A stretch of 21,669 nucleotides of DNA from an uncultured archaeon (GTDB taxonomy: Archaea > Asgardarchaeota > Lokiarchaeia > Sigyniarchaeales > SOKP01). The notes beneath the pieces are model-generated. The model saw nothing but the letters and a program-made list of their open reading frames with translations, did no database searches and was not told where the DNA came from. Made by a program: the position numbers and the translations under genes. The DNA is taken from assembly GCA_964493715.1 (NCBI GenBank), contig CAZBPC010000009.1, forward strand, positions 51,282 to 72,950, read 5' to 3'. Numbering within the stretch: position 1 is the stretch's first letter; each line of letters begins with the position of its first letter. Positions 15,659-21,669 of this stretch are shown in pieces.

Positions 15659-17223
15659 TATTGAAAGGTCACGAAGAAGATCTAATTTCTTTTGGATTGA
15701 TATATCCTAATCATTTAAATATAATGGATTCATCCTATACAATACGTTTCCTCTATAGCTATATTAATTCTTTTAATGGGGTATTATGTGATAGAATTCA
15801 TTTACCCGAAGGAATTAAATTCCCAGCAACAGAAGATATTAAATCTATTAATTGTGTTAAAGGTCTCGAAACAGGATATTTACCTAGTCAATTTGATATT
15901 CTGGGTTTTTCCATCCATTTCGAAAATGATTTCAGGAACATCTTATGGATTCTACATAAAGCAAAAATTCCATTAGTGAATACCGAAAGAATTAAAACAC
16001 CAAAAGCTGAGGAATATAATTATCCTCTGATAATTGCTGGTGGTCCTGTCATAACTTCAAACCCTTTGCCTTTCAACAATTTTTTTGATATCATGTTTAT
16101 CGGGGATGCTGAGCCCAATTTGGGAAGTTTTCTCTCATTGTATGATAAATATAAAAAAAATAAGAGTGATTACCATAATTTTTTAAGGCAATGCAGTGAA
16201 ATTGAAGGTTTATACGTGCCTGTTTTAAAAAATAAGGTTAACAAAGCGGTATTAAAAAATCTTGATGATTCTAAGATTCCTGAAAACCAGTTCTTTCAAC
16301 AAGACACCAATAAGGATAAAATATTTGGATCTAATTTTTTTATTGAAATAAATAGAGGATGTCCATATAACTGTAAATTTTGTATTTCATCCTTTCATAA
16401 TAGGCCATTTAGAAATAGAAGTTATGAAAACATAGTGAAATGCATCGAAAAAAGCGTGAACAAAGGAGGCTTTAAAAAATTTAGTTTAATTGGTTCATGC
16501 GTATCATCACACCCCAATTTTTATGAAATTTGTGAAATGATAATTTCTAAAGGAAAAGACTTTAGCGTCCCTTCTATTAGACTAGATCATATAACACCAA
16601 GATTAATCAGTTTGTTTGAAGAAGGAAATATAAAAACAATTACGATTGCTCCAGAAGCTGGAACTGAAATACTTAGAAGATCAATTGGCAAAAATATGTC
16701 AAATTTATTGTTATATCAAATTGTAGAACAAGTTAAGAATTCGAAAATAAAAAATATTAAATTTTATTTTTTAATTGGCTTACCCGGAGAAACTCAAGCC
16801 GATGTAAAAGAAATTATAGTTCTCCTTAAGAAGATTGATAAGTTTGGATTCCAAAAACATTCATTAAAGGTAAATGTGAACCCTTTCATTCCAAAATTTA
16901 ATACTCCATATGAAAATGAATGTACCAATTACTTAAGAAAAAATTTACCCCTTTTAAAAGAAAAATTTAAAATACTCGAAAATGGATTAAAAGGTATTCC
17001 TTCTATAAACCTAAAATTTAAAAATTTTAATACGCTAATCAAGCAAGCCCAATTGCAAACGCTTATTTCATTAGGGGATGATCAAATCTCAAATCTATTA
17101 ATTAACTATTATGAAAATGGTGCAAATATGGGATCTTTAAGAAGAGCCGAAAAGGAATGTGGTATTTCTATAGATGATTATCTAATTAGAGTCAAATCGG
17201 GTTATAAACCATGGATACTTTAA
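15655..17223 (+). CDS. Radical SAM protein with B12-binding-like N-terminal domain (COG1032/TIGR03960-like)
   Basis: EINRGCPYNCKFC (CxxxCxxC). Also YPN, FDILGFSIHFEND, IIAGGP...NPLP, IGDAE, SVPSIRLD, TIAPEAG, YFLIGLPGET and FIPKFNTP. ATGA overlap with the sirtuin stop. Confidence 0.88.
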   Translation: MILKGHEEDLISFGLIYPNHLNIMDSSYTIRFLYSYINSFNGVLCDRIHLPEGIKFPATEDIKSINCVKGLETGYLPSQFDILGFSIHFENDFRNILWILHKAKIPLVNTERIKTPKAEEYNYPLIIAGGPVITSNPLPFNNFFDIMFIGDAEPNLGSFLSLYDKYKKNKSDYHNFLRQCSEIEGLYVPVLKNKVNKAVLKNLDDSKIPENQFFQQDTNKDKIFGSNFFIEINRGCPYNCKFCISSFHNRPFRNRSYENIVKCIEKSVNKGGFKKFSLIGSCVSSHPNFYEICEMIISKGKDFSVPSIRLDHITPRLISLFEEGNIKTITIAPEAGTEILRRSIGKNMSNLLLYQIVEQVKNSKIKNIKFYFLIGLPGETQADVKEIIVLLKKIDKFGFQKHSLKVNVNPFIPKFNTPYENECTNYLRKNLPLLKEKFKILENGLKGIPSINLKFKNFNTLIKQAQLQTLISLGDDQISNLLINYYENGANMGSLRRAEKECGISIDDYLIRVKSGYKPWIL

Positions 17224-17232
17224 AAAAAAAAA
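17222..17232 (-). terminator. Poly-T (11 nt on - strand) archaeal-type terminator downstream of rubrerythrin
   Basis: A11 run on the + strand, starting 7 nt past the rubrerythrin stop, between convergent genes. Confidence 0.45.
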
Positions 17233-17238
17233 GAAGCA

Positions 17239-17742
17239 TTAATCAACCTTATTAAATGCTTTTTTTACAGCACCACAAACGGGACATTTATCAGGAGCTT
17301 CTCCTTCGTGAGTATATCCACAAACAGAGCAGACATATATCTTCTTATCTTCGAGATCATCTCCACTTTCTAACACTTCTAACGCTTTTTTATATAGTTT
17401 GTGATGGATTTTCTCGACTTCATTAGCATAATTAAAAGTCCTTTCTGCAGCTGTATTCGACTCATTTTTTGCCGCATTTATAAATTCTGGATACATTGAG
17501 GTAAATTCATAAAATTCCCCTTCAATAGCTTCCTTTAAATTTTCCTTAGTACTTTTAATACCACCTAGTGTTCTTAAATGGTTATGTGCGTGCACAGTTT
17601 CTGCAGCAGCTGCTGCACGGAATAAATGGGCTATTCCAGAAAGACCTTCTTTTTCTGCTTGCTTGGCAAAAGCTAAATATTTACGATTTGCTTGTGATTC
17701 TCCTGCAAATGCTGCTTTTAAGCCTTCTTCTGATTTTATCAT
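17239..17742 (-). CDS. rbr: Rubrerythrin
   Basis: Di-iron motifs AFAGESQANRKY, ETVHA, GEFYE..MYPEF and EKIH, plus a C-terminal rubredoxin-like CSVC...CPVC. Confidence 0.95.
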   Translation of the reverse strand: MIKSEEGLKAAFAGESQANRKYLAFAKQAEKEGLSGIAHLFRAAAAAETVHAHNHLRTLGGIKSTKENLKEAIEGEFYEFTSMYPEFINAAKNESNTAAERTFNYANEVEKIHHKLYKKALEVLESGDDLEDKKIYVCSVCGYTHEGEAPDKCPVCGAVKKAFNKVD

Positions 17743-17891
17743 TTAATTCTTTCACTATATATGTTGTTATGTTGATTTATGAATTGGATTATTTCAATTT
17801 GTATTTTATAATATATAAATAGTAATAAAAAATGTTCAAAACTAAGAATCAACTAACTTAACAACCTAAGATTAATAATGCAAGAATCATA

Positions 17892-18698
17892 TTAAATCTT
17901 CAAAATTGATGATATATTCCTCACAATTTTATTTAAATAAAATTCTGCAATACCAAATTTAATGTTTGAATCAAAAATTAAAATTATAAAATACTTATCC
18001 CGAATATATTCAGAATATATTAGCTCATTATCTTTAGAAGTATAAAAGAGTTTAATTATTGAATTATTACAAATTTTTACTCGAAATTCAATTTCCTTTA
18101 AGAATTTACGTAATTTAATACCATTTAGGGAAGAATAAATCACTTGCCCTAAATCAGTTAAAAATATAACCCCATTAATATCATCATTTAATTTAAGTTC
18201 TCTTAAATAATTGAAAATCGACTCTTCTTTATCTAAATCAAAATGCTTACCTAAAATTCCATCAAAAACATCTTTTAATTTATAATCTAAAATAGTATCG
18301 CTAATATACTCTAAATCTGTTTTTATAGCATTTTTAGATACGTAATCTAAGAATTCTTGATGAATACAAGAAATCAATTCTTTTATTAATAATTTATTTT
18401 CTATTGAATCGCATAAAAGGACATAATATATATTTTTTTTTTCAAATACAACAAGCTTGATATTTCCTCCCATCTCTATTGCTTTTACTTTATTACCTAC
18501 TAATTCCTTTGTAAATGACATTAAAGCAGTAAAATATGATGAAATTAGTTGTTCTTCTTCAATAGGAAAAGAATCTGAAATATTTAATTTGTACAAGCAA
18601 ATTCCTGACTTGTTAAAAATTAGTAATTGATGAAAATTTAACTTTTCAGGAAATCTTTTTGTTTTTGAGATGACAATTGAATCATCCGGAATAGTCAT
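17892..18698 (-). CDS. Hypothetical protein, putative longin-like + roadblock/MglB-like two-domain protein
   Basis: The N-half (QLLIFNKSGICLY...EEQLISSYFTALMSFTKELVGNKVKAIEMG...YYVLLCD) has the pattern of Asgard longin-like domains. The C-half (LRELKLNDDINGVIFLTDLGQVIYSSL...YFIILIFDSNIKFGIAEFYLNKIV) has the roadblock pattern. Confidence 0.65.
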   Translation of the reverse strand: MTIPDDSIVISKTKRFPEKLNFHQLLIFNKSGICLYKLNISDSFPIEEEQLISSYFTALMSFTKELVGNKVKAIEMGGNIKLVVFEKKNIYYVLLCDSIENKLLIKELISCIHQEFLDYVSKNAIKTDLEYISDTILDYKLKDVFDGILGKHFDLDKEESIFNYLRELKLNDDINGVIFLTDLGQVIYSSLNGIKLRKFLKEIEFRVKICNNSIIKLFYTSKDNELIYSEYIRDKYFIILIFDSNIKFGIAEFYLNKIVRNISSILKI

Positions 18699-18743
18699 AT
18701 CAAAATTTTACTAAAAAACTATAAAAACCAAACCCTTCACTTT

Positions 18744-19736
18744 TTAAAGTGTAAAACTATAGACACCTTCAAAATTCAATTTGCACGGAAGCATTACATA
18801 ACCATTCCGAGCATATTCTTTCTTCAATGAAAATATATCTTCAGGTTCGGCTAACACCGTAGCGGATCCACCTCCTCCAGCACCATTGCATTTAAATCCT
18901 AAAGCATCTTTATTTCTTGCTATTTTCTCAGCTTTTTCTATAGATGGATTTGTCATCAAAGGGTGTAATTGTTTCTGTGCATGCCAATTTCTATTCAATA
19001 TTTCTCCAATTTCTATCATTGTTAATCTTGAGCTATTTTTCATCTCTAGAGCACAATTCTTAATTGTATCAAATGCTTTAATCACTTTTTCATCATTTTG
19101 TTTAAACTTCTTAATTACTGCTTCATGCATTTCACTCGAACTTCGGGAACCAAAATAAATTAAGATTAATTGATTTTCATATTCATAAATTCTGCGTTTA
19201 GTTGTGTTTATTGGTGTTAACTTCACAGAAGGATAATCTATTTCCATGAAATTTATGCCACCATGTGCAGCTGCATACTGATCTTGAACTCCACTTTCTA
19301 ATTTTAACTCATCTGTTTCTATTTGATGTGCTAAATTTGCAATTTCTGAAGGATTTTTTTTTTCTCCTTGAAAATTACATAAAGCACTTATTAAGGCTAC
19401 TGCTACACTCGCGCTAGTACCTGTTCCACACCCAGGAGGTACATCGGATCTTACAAGTATGTCAATTCCCTTGTTAATACACAACTTTCTAATCACAGCT
19501 TTTAGTAGGTCTAATTTTCCATCATACAAAATATTTTTAAAATCAAATTCAGTATCAATTTCAAGATTTTCTGATATAATTCGAATTTTGTTTCTGTTAT
19601 TCTCACAAACTCTAACATAATTAAAAAGATCTACAGCTATGTTGAATACTGCGCCTTTTGGATAAAACCATGTATCTGTCCATCCTCCAATATCACAGAT
19701 TCTTACAGGAGCTCTTGAATACACAACTTTGTTCAT
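18744..19736 (-). CDS. GHMP-family sugar kinase, HddA (D-glycero-alpha-D-manno-heptose-7-phosphate kinase)-like
   Basis: SRAPVRICDIGGWTD, SDVPPGCGTGTS (variant of the GHMP PxGxGLGSS loop), GVQDQYAAAHGGIN and KCNGAGGGG. Strong SD (AGGAGGA, - strand 19741-19747). Confidence 0.85.
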   Translation of the reverse strand: MNKVVYSRAPVRICDIGGWTDTWFYPKGAVFNIAVDLFNYVRVCENNRNKIRIISENLEIDTEFDFKNILYDGKLDLLKAVIRKLCINKGIDILVRSDVPPGCGTGTSASVAVALISALCNFQGEKKNPSEIANLAHQIETDELKLESGVQDQYAAAHGGINFMEIDYPSVKLTPINTTKRRIYEYENQLILIYFGSRSSSEMHEAVIKKFKQNDEKVIKAFDTIKNCALEMKNSSRLTMIEIGEILNRNWHAQKQLHPLMTNPSIEKAEKIARNKDALGFKCNGAGGGGSATVLAEPEDIFSLKKEYARNGYVMLPCKLNFEGVYSFTL

Positions 19737-19740
19737 TTTT

Positions 19741-19747
19741 TCCTCCT
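19741..19747 (-). promoter_or_regulatory. Shine-Dalgarno sequence of the GHMP kinase gene
   Basis: TCCTCCT on + reads AGGAGGA on -, 4 nt before the ATG. Confidence 0.65.
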
Positions 19748-20106
19748 AAATTATTTCCATTGTTGAGAATTAAAAAAATTTTATGTTTTTAAAATACCAT
19801 TTCCACTTCCAAATTAAATAGCAATAAATTCTCGCCTTAAAAGTGACTTTTAATGATAATAACTGAAATAGCTCAATCTTAGAATATATTATGTATTTGG
19901 TATCCTTTTTTCCCTTCAAAATCTCTATAATCTTTAATCAAGGTGTAAAAAGCTCAACCCTCTTGATTTCTGAAACTTAGATCAAAAAATGGGATTGTGG
20001 GGATAATATTAACCTTCTATGATGATCTTTCAACTAACTTTAAATATAAGCAAGGAGAAATATAATTTAAACACAATTTATTTTTAAAACTAGTTTAAAC
20101 ATAAAA

Positions 20107-20112
20107 GGAGGA
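20107..20112 (+). promoter_or_regulatory. Shine-Dalgarno sequence of the histone gene
   Basis: GGAGGA 10 nt upstream of the ATG at 20123. A TATA-like TTTAAATA lies at 20039-20046. Confidence 0.6.
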
Positions 20113-20122
20113 ATAAAAAATT

Positions 20123-20323
20123 ATGGCTGCGAAAAAAGCTCAGGTTGATGCCTTATTCGTAAAAAGTAAGATCCGAGAATATATTAAAGCAAAAGATTGT
20201 AATACATCTGGAGACTTAATTGATGGAAATAGTTTAAATGATGCCATCATTGAGATTTTAGATAAAGCAATCGCTCGGGCAAAGGCAAATGGCCGAAAAA
20301 CAGTACAAGAAAAAGACCTGTAG
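20123..20323 (+). CDS. Histone-fold protein, alpha3-truncated (Bd0055/face-to-face-like) class
   Basis: 66 aa and basic. LFVKSKIREYIK...NTS...LNDAIIEILDKAIARAKANGRKTVQEKDL contains the histone L2 motif RKTV and the R-x-T-x4-D signature, and ends right after DL (short alpha3). Strong SD upstream. Confidence 0.88.
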   Translation: MAAKKAQVDALFVKSKIREYIKAKDCNTSGDLIDGNSLNDAIIEILDKAIARAKANGRKTVQEKDL

Positions 20324-20457
20324 ACGAAATTTTTTCGTTATTTTGCACATCGCAAATTAATATTTGGATGCCGAGATCTTCGGGATTCAATTGTGTGCGT
20401 TTTTTCCCGCATCTAAAGGGAAGAAAAAAAGCAAAGACGAAATAATGAAGAGGTCGG

Positions 20458-20475
20458 AAAAAAAATTTTTTTTTT
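20458..20475. terminator. A8-T10 tract, candidate bidirectional terminator
   Basis: AAAAAAAATTTTTTTTTT lies between the convergent histone and Cys-rich genes and gives an oligo-T run on each strand. Confidence 0.5.
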
Positions 20476-20583
20476 CATTTAATTATAAACAAGATGTAGA
20501 CAAGGATCGAGATAATTGGTATGATCTTGAATTAAGAAGTCCATTAAAAAGAGGTTCTAAGGCAAAAAAGAAAGAAATGAAGT

Positions 20584-20970
20584 TCATAAAAAAGATTCAT
20601 GGAATTTTGCGTCAAAATCGCCGACAAACCCCCCTTTATCGAGAATTGCCTTTTTTTTGTGGTAGAACTCGCGGTATTCTTGGACGCAGGAGGTGCAATA
20701 CCATCCTTCCAGATAAGCATTGTACATCATGTCTCTTTCGATTTGATGACAGCCTGAACAGATACAAATCGACGCGTGTAAAGCCCTGTACAAATCGCTG
20801 CGTATATTCCCAATCTTAGTTCGTTCTGGTTGAGCTCTACCTTTCTCATATTTAATCTCACCTAAACGGCTCCATTCTTGCATCACCACTTCTGTAAGGA
20901 GCTTTCTTAAATTGTATGCGATTTTCTTGATACATTCTTTATTATAAGCGATTGTTTTCTTATCTTTCAT
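20584..20970 (-). CDS. Hypothetical protein with putative zinc-binding motif
   Basis: 128-aa ORF with ATG start and CICSGC...WYCTSC (two CxxC pairs). Preferred over the opposite-strand TTG-start ORF. Confidence 0.65.
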   Translation of the reverse strand: MKDKKTIAYNKECIKKIAYNLRKLLTEVVMQEWSRLGEIKYEKGRAQPERTKIGNIRSDLYRALHASICICSGCHQIERDMMYNAYLEGWYCTSCVQEYREFYHKKKAILDKGGFVGDFDAKFHESFL

Positions 20971-21082
20971 ATTATTAACACTTTCATCTAACTATTTAAA
21001 TCTAATCCCCCAGCTAGTTTATAAAAATAAAGAAATTATAAATTAATATATTACATTAAATTGATATAAATATCCAGCATCA

Positions 21083-21443
21083 AAATTCATCCATATTGCA
21101 AAATCACCAAGCGAGGGTTGAGGTATGACGAGAGAATAAAGACCGTCTGCATTAGCGATACTTGAACAGCCAGGGCTTTTATTATACTTAAATTACGAGT
21201 AATTCTTTAGCAATTTTTTAATTATCTGCGTGATGTGGTCAGAGAACCAAAGGATTATTCTATCACGTTCACATTCACGCTCAGTTCGAAAGGTTGGAGC
21301 CTTGATGATAAGGTGGGGACGGAATCTAGCCCCAGAGACACGAAAGAACTGCTCTTGACGGATTTAACGCAAGCTTTATGGGAAGTTGCGACTGGAGGCG
21401 AGTCAGAAGTGCTTCAGTATTGTGAATTTAAAGAGGAGTAAAC
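21083..21443 (+). ncRNA. Candidate structured non-coding RNA of unknown family (~350 nt)
   Basis: Visibly GC-richer than its flanks, with 5'/3' end complementarity, a series of adjacent hairpins including a GAAA tetraloop, AT-rich TATA-like sequence upstream and a T10 tract downstream. No family recognised; boundaries are approximate. Confidence 0.45.
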
Positions 21444-21453
21444 TTTTTTTTTT
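21444..21453 (+). terminator. T10 tract, archaeal-type terminator
   Basis: Ten consecutive T immediately after the GC-enriched segment. Confidence 0.5.
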
Positions 21454-21669
21454 ATAGAATTCATTTCATTTTTTTAATTAATTGTTTTAATTAGCTTTTT
21501 TCACAAAAAATATCAAATCAAAAAATTTTTACCGTGTTCTAATTTATAACATAAAAAGTTCAATATCAATTTACACACACAACATTAACGACCTAATGGA
21601 ATAAAAAATTCAAAACAAATCGCCTTATCCTTTTGCTTTACCTTTTGAACCTGAATTTTTTATTCTTTC

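Noticed and set aside
12427-19158. Short ORFs 12427..12642, 12774..12980, 13475..13666, 13949..14152, 15776..15976, 17568..17822 and 18886..19158
   Set aside because: They overlap confident genes on the opposite strand or in another frame and show no protein-like features.
20557-20586. Selenocysteine read-through of the TGA ending the Cys-rich ORF
   Set aside because: Read-through meets a TAG after only eight more codons, there is no redox-motif context, and no convincing SECIS was seen.
20364-20819. 151-aa + strand ORF
   Set aside because: TTG start, runs through the hairpins and the A8T10 tract (KKFFF), and overlaps the more credible Cys-motif gene on the opposite strand.
21310-21420. Cobalamin riboswitch or T-box resemblance (GGGAAG...GAGTCAGAAG; AAGGTGGGGAC)
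   Set aside because: The B12 box lacks the ACCTGCC continuation, the AGGGAA and GCCACTG elements are absent, the T-box GGTGGNACC consensus is not met, and no regulated gene follows within the window.
21100-21430. RNase P RNA, SRP RNA or hammerhead ribozyme identity
   Set aside because: The size fits RNase P or SRP and CAGAAGTGCTT loosely recalls RNase P CR-V, but there is no GAGGAANNUCC CR-I and no SRP helix-8 motif. TTGATGA is not the hammerhead CUGANGA core and lacks the required stems.
21235-21441. 68-aa ORF as a protein-coding gene
   Set aside because: GTG start inside a predicted stem, codon usage unlike the AT-ending codons of neighbouring genes, no recognisable motif, and full coincidence with dense hairpins. 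Not strictly excluded.
1-21669. CRISPR array, tRNA/rRNA genes, transposase or integrase
   Set aside because: No regularly spaced repeats, cloverleaf or rRNA-like segments, or recombinase motifs were found by eye on either strand.

Overview
An AT-rich archaeal chromosomal window. The archaeal-type uS15/eS1 pair, archaeal GlmU, a histone and two longin/roadblock-like proteins suggest an Asgard archaeon, most likely Lokiarchaeia/Promethearchaeota (inference, not proven). The left 10.2 kb is a tightly packed + strand cell-envelope operon. It holds a 5'-truncated membrane-anchored DUF11/CARDB-like surface glycoprotein, a 1592-aa membrane-anchored subtilase (split catalytic domain, repeated ectodomain modules, cytoplasmic zinc-ribbon tail) and a duplicated FtsX/MacB-type permease with no ATPase gene in view. 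The middle is mostly housekeeping: RdgB/HAM1, uS15, eS1, GlmU, a sirtuin coupled to a radical SAM enzyme, rubrerythrin and an HddA-like GHMP kinase, interspersed with two putative longin-domain proteins. The right end has an alpha3-truncated (Bd0055/face-to-face-type) histone with a structured 3' region, a small Cys-rich protein, and a ~350-nt GC-enriched, hairpin-dense segment that ends in a poly-T tract and looks like an unrecognised structured ncRNA. No rRNA, tRNA, CRISPR array or mobile element was recognised. All family calls come from reading motifs by eye; no searches were run.
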